A stretch of DNA of 64,000 nucleotides. It comes from Candidatus Binatia bacterium. GTDB taxonomy: Bacteria; Desulfobacterota; Binatia; HRBIN30. Numbering within the stretch: position 1 is the stretch's first letter; each line of letters begins with the position of its first letter. The DNA lies in contig BPIR01000002.1 in the NCBI GenBank assembly GCA_026004215.1, forward strand, positions 1,115,031 to 1,179,030. The letters are read 5' to 3'. Below are positions 39,976-49,671 of the stretch, one piece after another. Position numbers and translations under genes: made by a program. Below the pieces are notes generated by a model. It made no database searches. It worked only from the letters and a program-made list of their open reading frames with translations, and was not told where the DNA came from.

Positions 39976-42474
39976 TTATTCCGCGGGCGTGTTGGTGACG
40001 GGCTGATAGTCTCGGCAGTATTGCAAGCGCAACGACGGGCAAGGAGGCAAAGTGGCCGGAAGACCCGTTACACCCGGGATCCATGGTAGGACCACTCGCG
40101 ACGGTGCCGCCGCGGAACGCCCAACGTAGTTCGTCACTGGTTCGTCGAACTGCAAGGTCTCGAATTTCCAGCGCGGCCGGGAGTTGCCCGGGCTGTCCAC
40201 CACCACGCGCACGCGCGAGCCCGCCCGGAACACGTGCGCGAAGGGGAAGATTTCGATGCGGACCAGAGAAAATTCGCCCGGCGGTAGCGGCTCGACATCC
40301 TCGCGGCGGCCACTGTAGGCCGGGCGCAGGAGAGTGCTTTGAACGGGGTCGAGCTTGCGAAAACTGGCGCGGCCCCATCCATTTTGGATGTACACTTCTT
40401 TTCCATCCGGCCGGACCTCGCTCAACGTGACTTCTAAATCCGTGTCGTCGGCGGTGGAGCGGATCCACAAGTCCGCACTGCCCGAGCCGACCATGACCAT
40501 CGTTCGTTCCAGCGGATCGGTTTCATAGGCGACGGCCGTGCCCGGCGCATACGGACGCCAGTTCCAATTCGGGAGCGCGGTCCAAATGCCCCCATCACCA
40601 CCCTCGAAGGTCGTGAGCTGTCCTTGCGCGCCATCGTACAGGTAAGCATCGGCGCCAGATTCTGCCGTGGGGGCGTCCGGAACCAACCGACCACCGGCGT
40701 CAAAGTACCAAATCACCGGTTGCGTATTCGGCGGAGGCCACTGGTCGAACGTGAGCTCCGCGCGCGGAACCGGAGCACCCGGTTGCGAACTGCCGGCGCC
40801 ATTTTCCAGCAACACACGGATGCGCGGCTCAGATTCGAACTTGGCCAGCGCTGTTTCGAAATCGGGTTCGTTGACAAAGCGATCCGGCTCGACCGAAACT
40901 CGTTGGACCCCAAACACCTGCTGCGCGAGCACGGTGAGGGCGAGCTTGGCGTTGAGCGGCAGAACCGGGATCTCTCGGCGCACGTAAAAGGACAAGAACT
41001 CGTACCAGCGCGTGAAAATTGCCGGGCCCAAAGAATCCGTGTGGCCACCGTTGGTGATCGTGAAATGCGCCTTGGTTGTGCCGGTGAAATTCGGAATCAT
41101 CGTTGGGAAGTAGCCGCCGGTTTGCTCGTCCTGCCAAGCGCCGGCGAGGAACACCGGAACATCGATGTTGTGGACAAAGGTGGCCGGGCTGAGCGGGTCG
41201 GCCACGGCGGGGTTGTAATACCGGTTGTCGCGAATCATCTGGAGCAAGTCCGGGTTTTGGCCTCGGAATCGTTGATTCTCGATGCACACCTGGTCGCCCT
41301 GATCGCGCCGTCTGGCCGCCCATGGCTGGCCAAACGGCTGCGCTTGTTCCTGGCGCTCGCGGGCCCACTCGACCGCAAACCCGTTGTTCAGAATCCCTCC
41401 GGGGTACAAGATGCCGCGACCGATGTCGGAAATCACGGATAGCGGGGCAATGGCGGCAAGGTGGGGCGGCCGAGTTTGGGCCGTGAAAAGCTGCGAGATG
41501 CCGGGGTACGAGATGCCCACCATGCCGACGCGGTTGAATTTCACCCACGGCTGCTGCGCGATGATTTCGATGGCGTCGTAACCGTCCGCCACTTGTGCGG
41601 GCTCGAAGAAATTGAACGAACCCCCGGAACAGCCCGTGCCGCGCATATTCACGCCCACCGCAGCAAAACCAAGGATTTGTGCCAGGAGCGTACTGGGTTG
41701 GGGCGAATCGGGATTGGCTGGATCGTACCCCGAGTATTCGACGACCGTGGGGTACGGACCGTCCTCCGGCGGCCCGGGCAAGATGACATTGATGGCGAGT
41801 TTGGTGCCGTCGCGTGTCGTGATGTACTGGTATCCGTTGACCAGCCGCTGCGAGGCGTAAAAATCGTTCGGCGGCACGTCTTCGAGGCCCCACACGTCGG
41901 TCGGCGCAGACTCCGACTGCCCTTGGCTACCACCGTCGCCCACCCGGAATACGACGTAACCGCTGCCACGGTCGAGGTCGCGAAAGATGAGCGTGCCTTG
42001 ATCGTCCACCGTGCCGGTTTGCAAAACTTCCCCGTCGGCGTTGCGAACACCGAGCACCATCCCGGGCGTGGCGTCACTGATTAAAAGCTGGCGAACGCTG
42101 CTTTGTACGCGAAATCCCGGGCCAAGGGTGGGGCTGCTTGTCGGTGTCGCCGTGGCCGCGGGTGTCGGGGTGTCGGGAACGGGCGTGGCCGTAAACGTGC
42201 CGGTGAACGACGGGGTCGCCGTCGGCACGGTGGTTGCCGTAAACGAAGCAGTGGGCGTGAACGGCGCAGTGGCCGTGAACGTCGGGCTTGCCGGTGCTGG
42301 CGTGGGAGAAGCTGAGGGCGACGTCGCGGTGGCTGTGGCTGTGAGCGTTGGTGGTACGCCTGCGCTGGTTGGATTGTCGTCACTCCCGCAGCCGGCAGCG
42401 GTGAGAACCGCCCCCAACGCCGCAAAAGCAACCCAGAGCCCGCGAACCGAACGGAACAAAGTTTTCTCGGTCAT
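39976..42474 (-). CDS. CocE/NonD-family (S15 Xaa-Pro dipeptidyl-peptidase-like) hydrolase, lipoprotein with Thr/Pro/Ala-rich linker.
   Basis: The signal and lipobox read LTAAGCGSDD, followed by a PT linker of about 100 aa. The catalytic region reads GMVGISYPG (GxSxG). A GGGAG RBS precedes it. Confidence 0.7.
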   Translation of the reverse strand: MTEKTLFRSVRGLWVAFAALGAVLTAAGCGSDDNPTSAGVPPTLTATATATSPSASPTPAPASPTFTATAPFTPTASFTATTVPTATPSFTGTFTATPVPDTPTPAATATPTSSPTLGPGFRVQSSVRQLLISDATPGMVLGVRNADGEVLQTGTVDDQGTLIFRDLDRGSGYVVFRVGDGGSQGQSESAPTDVWGLEDVPPNDFYASQRLVNGYQYITTRDGTKLAINVILPGPPEDGPYPTVVEYSGYDPANPDSPQPSTLLAQILGFAAVGVNMRGTGCSGGSFNFFEPAQVADGYDAIEIIAQQPWVKFNRVGMVGISYPGISQLFTAQTRPPHLAAIAPLSVISDIGRGILYPGGILNNGFAVEWARERQEQAQPFGQPWAARRRDQGDQVCIENQRFRGQNPDLLQMIRDNRYYNPAVADPLSPATFVHNIDVPVFLAGAWQDEQTGGYFPTMIPNFTGTTKAHFTITNGGHTDSLGPAIFTRWYEFLSFYVRREIPVLPLNAKLALTVLAQQVFGVQRVSVEPDRFVNEPDFETALAKFESEPRIRVLLENGAGSSQPGAPVPRAELTFDQWPPPNTQPVIWYFDAGGRLVPDAPTAESGADAYLYDGAQGQLTTFEGGDGGIWTALPNWNWRPYAPGTAVAYETDPLERTMVMVGSGSADLWIRSTADDTDLEVTLSEVRPDGKEVYIQNGWGRASFRKLDPVQSTLLRPAYSGRREDVEPLPPGEFSLVRIEIFPFAHVFRAGSRVRVVVDSPGNSRPRWKFETLQFDEPVTNYVGRSAAAPSRVVLPWIPGVTGLPATLPPCPSLRLQYCRDYQPVTNTPAE

Positions 42475-42817
42475 GTCCACTCCCGAAACACCGTAAACCC
42501 GCAGCCGGAAAAACCTCGTTGCACCGGCTGCAAAGTTCCGCACGCTAAGACGGCAGCGCGGGCGTTGTCAATAACGCCGGCGAGCAAACGGCAGAATTCG
42601 CTGCGCCAGAGGCTTTCGAACGCATGTGATTGTCCGCCGCGGCAGCTCCGCCCGGGCGCGGGGCGCGAGCGTGCCTTCGGAGCACCGCGATGCCGACAAC
42701 CGCAGGATGAGGGGGTTCGGGGCGAGAGGGGCAGCCCAATGCGCCGGTACCGACCCTGGCGCGGGCGGAATTCTTCCCTTAAGAAAGTCGGGGTCGCCGT
42801 TGTTCGTAGCGCTGGTT

Positions 42818-44149
42818 ATGTCCGCAACCAAGGAACACAACACCGCGGTCGCCACTTTGTCGCAGCGTGGGCTCGTGCGTGCGCCTCTTCCAGCCCGCCA
42901 GCGGGTGGATCAATTGCTCGAACATCCGCGCGCGGCGGAGCTGGTGGCCCAGTTGCCTGTGCAGGACTTTTATTACTTGGTCAAGGAGCTCGGTTTGGCC
43001 GATGCCGCAGAGCTGCTCGCCTTGGCCACACCCGAGCAACTCCAAGGCTGCCTCGATCTGGACGTATGGGACAAAGATCGGGTGGACTTTACCAAATTGC
43101 GCCCGTGGCTGGAGGTCCTGCTCGAGGAGTTACTGCCGGCACGCTTGCTGCGCGCGCTCGAAGGGTTGGACTTGGAGCTCCTCGCCCTCTGGCTGCGGCA
43201 AAGTTGCCGCATTTACGACCGCACATTGGAGGAGGAGCCGGACGAACATTCCAACTTGCCGCGCTATTCCACTCCCGACACCTTTTTTGTCATCGAGTTC
43301 TTGCCGGATGCAGACCCGACCACAGCCGTGTTGCTGGAGCGGCTGATCGAGCGACTGTACGATGTCGATCAAGGATTCGCCCGCCGTTGGTTAATGGAGG
43401 CAAAGTGGGGACTGGATACGGAACTCGAAGAAACGGCGTATCGCTGGCGGCGCGGCCGTCTCGAAGATCTCGGGTTCGTGGAGTACTTCGAGGCCATCGG
43501 TGTGTACGCCTATCTCGACCCCGTGCAAGCAAAGCGCGCACAGGCTGTAGATTGGCGGCCTCGCAGCCCGCGCGAGGGATTGGTGGTGCTCCCGGTTCCG
43601 GTGGCCGATGCGTTGGAAGACGGGAGCTTTTTTGCGCGGGTGTTCGCTGCGATCGAGGACGATGCCTTTGCACGGGATTTGGCCGAAGCGTTGCTGGCGC
43701 TCATCAACCGCGTGCTGTCTGCCGATCTCGTCGAGCCCGGTGAAACGGAACAGGTACGGGCGGCAAGCGCGCGTGCTTTGGCCACACTCTCCTTGGGCTT
43801 GGAGTATCTGGCGGACGGCTCCATCGAGGCGGCCCGAACAGTACTGGCACAAACTCCGCTGGTCACCATTTTCCGCGTGGGCTTTGCTCTCACCGCACAA
43901 CTGGGTCGCTGGGCGCAGCGCATTTATCAGCGTGGCATAGACGATCCCAACCTCGACCCACTGTTGATGAAGCGGCCGTTGTTTCCCCGGGCGTTTGACG
44001 ACCCGCCGTTCGCAGGCGGGCGCCCGTTTCAGTCGCTTGCGGATGTGGCCACCGTGCGCCGTTACCTGGAGAACACCTATGGCCATGTCGAGCCGTGTTC
44101 TCCGACAACGTCCATCGCTGACGGCTCGACACACAGGGGCAAGCCTTGA
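42818..44149 (+). CDS. Conserved hypothetical protein (no family recognised with confidence).
   Basis: The 443-aa ORF has gene-like codon usage and no TM segments. It is acidic and Leu/Ala/Glu-rich. Confidence 0.45.
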   Translation: MSATKEHNTAVATLSQRGLVRAPLPARQRVDQLLEHPRAAELVAQLPVQDFYYLVKELGLADAAELLALATPEQLQGCLDLDVWDKDRVDFTKLRPWLEVLLEELLPARLLRALEGLDLELLALWLRQSCRIYDRTLEEEPDEHSNLPRYSTPDTFFVIEFLPDADPTTAVLLERLIERLYDVDQGFARRWLMEAKWGLDTELEETAYRWRRGRLEDLGFVEYFEAIGVYAYLDPVQAKRAQAVDWRPRSPREGLVVLPVPVADALEDGSFFARVFAAIEDDAFARDLAEALLALINRVLSADLVEPGETEQVRAASARALATLSLGLEYLADGSIEAARTVLAQTPLVTIFRVGFALTAQLGRWAQRIYQRGIDDPNLDPLLMKRPLFPRAFDDPPFAGGRPFQSLADVATVRRYLENTYGHVEPCSPTTSIADGSTHRGKP

Positions 44150-44263
44150 AGGCCTTACCGGCACAGGGCGCGTTGCCACCGAACGTGCGCGTGTGTTACA
44201 GCCGTCGCCCTGGAGGCCCGAATTTGTTGATGCGCGGGGACACCTAGAGGAGATTGCGCGGAG

Positions 44264-44938
44264 ATGCTCGAATTCGTCCAACAAGGGATCGATATCTTTC
44301 TCCATCTCGATGCCCATTTGAATCATTTGGCTGGTCAACTCGGTCCTGCCTTGTATTTGCTTTTGTTTTTGATCGTGTTTTGCGAGACAGGGCTGGTGGT
44401 GACGCCGTTTTTGCCGGGGGATTCGCTTTTGTTTGCCGTGGGCGCGCTGGCGGCTGTGCAAGGCGCGGTCATCGACGTCCATGCAGCAGCGTTCTTGCTC
44501 ATCATTGCGGCGGTTTTGGGGGATGCTGCGAATTACAGCATTGGCGCCTACGTCGGCCCGGCTGTGTTCAAGAGTGAAACGTCGCGTTGGCTCAACAAAC
44601 AGCATCTGCAACGCACGCATGAATTCTACGAGCGCCACGGGGGGAAGACGATCATATTGGCTCGTTTCATCCCAATCATCCGAACGTTTGCGCCGTTTGT
44701 GGCGGGGATCGGACGGATGGGTTACCCGCGGTTCGCGGCATACAACGTGATTGGCGGAATCTTGTGGGTGTGTGGTTTCGTGTACGCGGGATACTTGTTC
44801 GGCAACGTGCCGGTAGTGAAACGAAACTTCCACTTCGTCATCGTGGCCATCATCGTGATTTCGGTAATGCCTCCGGTGATCGAGTACTGGCGCGGCCGGC
44901 GCCAGGCGCGGCTGGCAGCCCGGCCGGTGCTCGACTGA
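44264..44938 (+). CDS. DedA/TVP38-family membrane protein.
   Basis: The sequence ETGLVVTPFLPGDSLLFAVGALAA...ARFIPIIRTFAPFVAG is typical of DedA. Confidence 0.8.
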   Translation: MLEFVQQGIDIFLHLDAHLNHLAGQLGPALYLLLFLIVFCETGLVVTPFLPGDSLLFAVGALAAVQGAVIDVHAAAFLLIIAAVLGDAANYSIGAYVGPAVFKSETSRWLNKQHLQRTHEFYERHGGKTIILARFIPIIRTFAPFVAGIGRMGYPRFAAYNVIGGILWVCGFVYAGYLFGNVPVVKRNFHFVIVAIIVISVMPPVIEYWRGRRQARLAARPVLD

Positions 44939-44951
44939 CGCGGGGCGGCCC

Positions 44952-46382
44952 ATGGCCATGGCTTCCGGTATGCCCGAACCCCTCAAGTGGTCTTTGGTGG
45001 AGCTTTGCGCCGCTTTGCGGCGGCGAGAGTTTTCGCCCCGAGAACTGCTGCAATGGACCTGGCAGCGAATCGAAGACACCCGTGAGAAACTCAACGCGGT
45101 CGTAGCCCGGTTCGACTTCGAAATGCTGGAGCGACAAGCGCCGGAGGCCGAGGAACGCCTGCGGTCAGGAGCCGCCCGACCTCTCGAAGGAATTCCTTTG
45201 GGGGTTAAAGACTTGGAGGATGCGGCTGGTTTGCCGACAACGCATGGCTCGTTGCCCTTTCGCGGCAACGTGGCGCAGCAAGACTCGGTGCAGGTCCAAC
45301 GCCTGAAGCAGGCCGGCGCCATCGTGGTCGGCAAGACGAACGCCCCCGAGTTCGGATACACTGCGATTACGAAAAATTTGGTGTACGGCGTGACGCGCTC
45401 GCCGTGGAATCTGGAGCGGACGCCCGGAGGCTCCAGTGGCGGTTCGGCTGCCGCCCTCGCCGGATGTGTTCTGCCGTTGGTGACGGCGAGCGATGGCGGC
45501 GGTTCCATCCGGATCCCGGCTAGTTTTACTGGCTGCTTCGGGTTGAAGGTGTCTTTTGGACGCGTGCCGCGCGGCCCTTCCGATTTTTGGGACTATCAGG
45601 ACACCTCCGTTTACGGCCCGCTGACAAAAACTGTGGAAGACGCGGCTTTGGTTCTCGATCAGGTTGTCGGTCCGTCTCCTTGGGACCCGAACAGCTTGCC
45701 ACATCCGGGCATTTCGTATCTCGCAGCCGTGCGTGGCGACCTGCCGCGCGGCTTGCGCATCGCCTTTTCTCCCGACCTCGGATACGCGGTGGTGCAATCG
45801 GATATCGCCGCAGCGGTGGAAGAAAACGCCCGCGTGTTCGAGCAGCTCGGGCATCGGGTGGAGCACATCCAGGGTGGCCCCCCGCAACTGGGGCGCGAGT
45901 GGGCCATTCTCGGCGCATTCGAACTGGCAGCGCGGTTGCACCATTTGATTCCGGAGAAAGAAAAAGATTTTGGGCGCACGTTCCTGAGTGGGGTGAAGCT
46001 CGGCTGGGAAATGCGACCGGAGATGTGGGGCGAGGCGGCGCGGCTGCGCGCACAATTGAACGCGTGGTGCGCGGAGCTCTTCTCGGAATTCGATGTTTTG
46101 GTCACCCCCACCGTGCCGTACGACCCGCCGCCGGCGGGTGGGCCGTTCCCGCAAGAAACCGAAGGGCGCCCGCAAGTCGTTGCCGGCGTGGCGGCCTTTA
46201 CCATTCCGTTCAACCTCTCTTGGCACCCGGCGGCCACGGTGCGGATCGGTCTTTCAAGGGCCGGGTTACCGATGGGCATGCAGATCGTTGGACCCCGCCA
46301 CCGCGATGACTTGGTGTTGCAATTGGCCCGGGCGTTCGAGCGCGAGCGCCCATGGCACCCGCATTGGCCCGACCGATTTTGA
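44952..46382 (+). CDS. Amidase-signature family enzyme (GatA-like amidase).
   Basis: The amidase signature GGSSGGSAAALAAG and the K...S...S triad context are present. Confidence 0.8.
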   Translation: MAMASGMPEPLKWSLVELCAALRRREFSPRELLQWTWQRIEDTREKLNAVVARFDFEMLERQAPEAEERLRSGAARPLEGIPLGVKDLEDAAGLPTTHGSLPFRGNVAQQDSVQVQRLKQAGAIVVGKTNAPEFGYTAITKNLVYGVTRSPWNLERTPGGSSGGSAAALAGCVLPLVTASDGGGSIRIPASFTGCFGLKVSFGRVPRGPSDFWDYQDTSVYGPLTKTVEDAALVLDQVVGPSPWDPNSLPHPGISYLAAVRGDLPRGLRIAFSPDLGYAVVQSDIAAAVEENARVFEQLGHRVEHIQGGPPQLGREWAILGAFELAARLHHLIPEKEKDFGRTFLSGVKLGWEMRPEMWGEAARLRAQLNAWCAELFSEFDVLVTPTVPYDPPPAGGPFPQETEGRPQVVAGVAAFTIPFNLSWHPAATVRIGLSRAGLPMGMQIVGPRHRDDLVLQLARAFERERPWHPHWPDRF

Positions 46383-46439
46383 CGCCAGCAGCGGCGCCAA
46401 CAGGCGCTTTTCTCAGTCGAGAGACACCCCTCGTTTCCA

Positions 46440-46654
46440 GTAGGGGCAAGGGCGACCACAACGGTCGCCCCTACAACGCCCCGGAGGAGGTCGGGAAGGG
46501 GTATGGCGAGTAGCGAGTGGTGAGTGGCAAGTGGCAAATGGCGAATAGCGAATGGCCCGGAGGCCGTAGGGGCACGGCGTGCCGTGCCCCTACACCCCGG
46601 CGGTCTGCCTGTAGCCACCGCAGGGGAAGGGCGACCACAAGGGAGGCCCCGACA
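46440..46654. repeat. Cluster of three REP-like GTAGGGGC-N-GCCCCTAC palindromes flanking a GAGTGG/GAATGG microsatellite.
   Basis: The cluster lies in the intergenic region between the amidase and the Old Yellow Enzyme gene. The palindromes are at 46440..46474, 46566..46593 and, degenerate, 46622..46654. The microsatellite is at 46504..46555. Confidence 0.6.
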
Positions 46655-46700
46655 ACGTTCAGGGAGAGGCCGGCGGAGAGCCGGGTGAGGGTGCGAAGAC

Positions 46701-47948
46701 ATGTCGCGATTTGGGGAAGGTCGAGAGACGCTCGCTCCAACCCTTGACTCCGAAGGCGCTCGCTTTCCGGATCCGTTCGCACCAGCACCGCTGGGTCCGA
46801 TCCGGCTCAAGAACCGCTTGATCAAAGCGGCAACCTTCGAAGGGCGGGCTCGACGCGGAGAAGTGACCGATTCTTTGATTGCATTCCACCGCGCCTTTGC
46901 CCGCGGCGGTGTGGCACTGACGACACTGGCTTACTGCGCCGTCAGCGAGGACGGGCGGGGCGCTCCCAACGAGATCGTTGTGACGCGTGCGTCCCTGGCA
47001 GGGCTCAGCCGTCTGGCTGAGGCCGTGCATGAAGAAGGTGCAGCCGCGGCGATTCAGCTCGGCCACGCCGGTCCAGTAGGAATCACCGTCGGGCAGGGAT
47101 TAGGACCATCGCGTCGTTTTGTTGCGCGTGCCTTGCGCTTTCTGCGCGCTGCTGAGGAGGCCGACCTTCGCCGCATCGTGCGGGCCTTCGGCGAAGCCGC
47201 CGCGCTGGCGTGCGACGCTGGCTTCGACGCAATCGAGTTACACTTTGGCCACGGCTATTTAGTGAGTGCGTTTTTGAGTCCTCGCTTGAACCGGCGGCGC
47301 GATGCGTGGGGAGGGGGATTGCCGCAACGAGCGAGGTTGGCACGGGAAATTGCGGCTACGGTGCGCGAGCGGGTGGGCCGGAGCATGGCCGTGATCGCCA
47401 AGTGGAACATGAGCGATGGGGTCGAAGGGGGGCTTACGGTAAGCGAGAGCCTGGGAGCGGCGCGCTTGTTGGAGGGAGACGGTCACTTGGACGCTTTGGA
47501 ACTTACGGGCGGTAGCTCGTTCGAAAACCCCATGTTCTTGTTCCGCGGCGACGTTCCTTTGCGAGAAATGGCGGCGGCCTTCCCGGTTTGGTTGCGACTA
47601 CCCTTTCGGTTGCTCGGACGCCGGTTTTTGCGCGCGTATCCGTTCGAGGAGCTGTTCTTCCTGCCCTTCGCACGCGAGTTTCGTGCGGCCTTGCGCATGC
47701 CGCTGATCTTACTGGGGGGCGTGAGCCGTCTCGAAAATGTCCGCACCGCTTTGCGAGAGGGTTTTGACTTCGTGGCTTTGGGGCGCGCTTTGCTGCGCGA
47801 GCCAGATTTAGTGGCCCGTTGGGCGCGCGGCGATGTCGATCGAGCTGCGTGCATCCACTGCAACAAGTGCATGGCCACAATTTACCGAGGCACGCACTGC
47901 GTGTACGTGCCCGCAGAGCAGCGCCCTGGTTTTGCGCTGAAAGCCTGA
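46701..47948 (+). CDS. Old Yellow Enzyme-family NADH:flavin oxidoreductase with a C-terminal Cys cluster.
   Basis: The TIM-barrel FMN motifs HFGHGYLVSAFLSPRLNRRRDAWGG and a C-terminal CIHCNKC...C are present. Confidence 0.8.
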   Translation: MSRFGEGRETLAPTLDSEGARFPDPFAPAPLGPIRLKNRLIKAATFEGRARRGEVTDSLIAFHRAFARGGVALTTLAYCAVSEDGRGAPNEIVVTRASLAGLSRLAEAVHEEGAAAAIQLGHAGPVGITVGQGLGPSRRFVARALRFLRAAEEADLRRIVRAFGEAAALACDAGFDAIELHFGHGYLVSAFLSPRLNRRRDAWGGGLPQRARLAREIAATVRERVGRSMAVIAKWNMSDGVEGGLTVSESLGAARLLEGDGHLDALELTGGSSFENPMFLFRGDVPLREMAAAFPVWLRLPFRLLGRRFLRAYPFEELFFLPFAREFRAALRMPLILLGGVSRLENVRTALREGFDFVALGRALLREPDLVARWARGDVDRAACIHCNKCMATIYRGTHCVYVPAEQRPGFALKA

Positions 47949-47970
47949 GTGCCCCGGAGGCACGACCGCT

Positions 47971-48627
47971 ATGGCAAAGCACGGGCGCTGGGCGCACACG
48001 ATTTTCGACCTCGATGGCACGCTGGTGGACACGGCTGAAGACATCGCGGCTGCTCTGAACTACGCATTAGCGCAGAACGGTTGGAAGACGTACGCCGTGC
48101 AGGACATTCGAGCCATGATCGGCGAAGGGGCGCGCCGTTTGGTCGAGCAGGCCTTGCCGGACGCAACGCCGGCGGAGCACGACAAGGTCTTGGCCGATTT
48201 TCTCGCGCACTACCGAGCTCACGTTGCGGAGCGCAGCCGCGTGTATCCGGGGATCGCCAAAGTGTTGCGCGAGCTCCAGCAAGCGGGTGTGGCGGCGACG
48301 GTACTCACGAACAAACCGGTATCGCTGAGCGAGGCGATCTTGAGGCGGTTCGGATTGCGCGACTACTTGGTCGCCGTATGTGGGGGCGACACGTTGCCGC
48401 AGCGGAAGCCCGACCCGGCCGGAGTGTTTTACCTGTGCGCGCTGGTGGGTTCCCGCCGCGAGGAAAGCATTTTGGTGGGCGACTCCGGGATCGACCGCGA
48501 CACGGCTGCCCGTGCCGGTATCGCCTTTTGCGCGGCCCTGTGGGGCTACCGTGCGGCGGAATTGTGCGAAGCTCCGCTGCGCGCGCGGACGCCCGAGGAT
48601 CTCTTGGGTTTGCTGCTCGCCGAATAG
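47971..48627 (+). CDS. HAD-superfamily hydrolase (phosphoglycolate phosphatase-like).
   Basis: Motif I (IFDLDGTLVDT), motif III and motif IV (GDSGID) are present. Confidence 0.75.
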   Translation: MAKHGRWAHTIFDLDGTLVDTAEDIAAALNYALAQNGWKTYAVQDIRAMIGEGARRLVEQALPDATPAEHDKVLADFLAHYRAHVAERSRVYPGIAKVLRELQQAGVAATVLTNKPVSLSEAILRRFGLRDYLVAVCGGDTLPQRKPDPAGVFYLCALVGSRREESILVGDSGIDRDTAARAGIAFCAALWGYRAAELCEAPLRARTPEDLLGLLLAE

Positions 48628-48653
48628 ATTGCCTGCGCTATAGGTCCTTGCCG

Positions 48654-49664
48654 ATGGTGCGGACGGCGATCATCCAGGTTGTGCTGCTCGTGCTCGTTCT
48701 GCTTTCTTCGCTACCGATGGCTCGCGCGGGTGCGCCGCGATGCGGCGATGAATTTTGCAATGCAGCCGGCCCTCGTCCGTTGCCCGGCCTGGGGGAGATG
48801 TTCCCGTTTTTTCTGCGCAAAGCGTGGACGTCTCTGAATCCCCGTGCCGGCGGCGCCCGTTGGATTCCTTACGACCGGCACGCACTGGAACACAACCCAA
48901 GCATTACCTGGATCGGGCATTCGACGTTTCTCGTTCGCATGGAGGGCGTTACCTTTCTCACCGACCCGATTTTCTCGTGGCGTGCCAGCCCAGTTTCCTT
49001 TGCAGGCCCGCAGCGGTTGCAGCCGCCAGGAATCCCGCTGGAGGAGCTCCCGCCGGTGGACTTCGTCACCGTCTCGCACGATCACTATGACCATGCCGAC
49101 TTGCCCACCTGGAAGGCGTTGGCACGGCGGGGAGTGCTGTTCGTCGTGCCGCTCGGAATGGGAGACCTTGTCCACAGCGTGGGAGGTCGGTTCGTTGCTT
49201 TGGACTGGTGGCAATCGGTGGAATTACCCAGCGTAACCGTGACGTGTGTTCCGGCTCAGCACTTTTCCGGCCGCGGATTCATCGGTCATAACCGCCGCCT
49301 TTGGGCAGGTTGGGTGGTGGCGGGCAAGCATCGCAAATTTTACCACGCAGGCGACACCGGCTACTTCGCGGGTTTTAAAGAAATCGGCGCCCGGCTCGGA
49401 CCGATCGATCTTGCCGCACTGCCCATCGGGGCGTACGACCCGCCCGCCATCATGCGCTTCGTGCACCTGAACCCCGAAGAGGCGGTACAAGCCGCGCGCG
49501 ATGTCGGAGCCAAACGAGTGGTCGCCATGCATTGGGGCACATTCGATCTGACCGACGAATCGCTCGACGAGCCGCCGGCGCGCTTTCGTGCGGCGGCGCA
49601 AAAACTCGGTTACGGCGACGACCAAGCTTGGGTGTTGGCCGTGGGCGAAACCCGCCGTTGGTGA
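48654..49664 (+). CDS. MBL-fold metallo-hydrolase (NAPE-PLD/Zn-dependent hydrolase-like) with signal peptide.
   Basis: HxHxDH-type ligands (VSHDHYDHAD) are present. The ATG at 48654 precedes the hydrophobic signal IIQVVLLVLVLLSSLPMARA. Confidence 0.7.
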   Translation: MVRTAIIQVVLLVLVLLSSLPMARAGAPRCGDEFCNAAGPRPLPGLGEMFPFFLRKAWTSLNPRAGGARWIPYDRHALEHNPSITWIGHSTFLVRMEGVTFLTDPIFSWRASPVSFAGPQRLQPPGIPLEELPPVDFVTVSHDHYDHADLPTWKALARRGVLFVVPLGMGDLVHSVGGRFVALDWWQSVELPSVTVTCVPAQHFSGRGFIGHNRRLWAGWVVAGKHRKFYHAGDTGYFAGFKEIGARLGPIDLAALPIGAYDPPAIMRFVHLNPEEAVQAARDVGAKRVVAMHWGTFDLTDESLDEPPARFRAAAQKLGYGDDQAWVLAVGETRRW

Positions 49665-49671
49665 CGATCGC

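Noticed and set aside
48081-48653. 5' extension of the MBL-hydrolase ORF (527 aa).
   Set aside because: It overlaps the HAD hydrolase gene in another frame. The signal peptide begins at the ATG at 48654.
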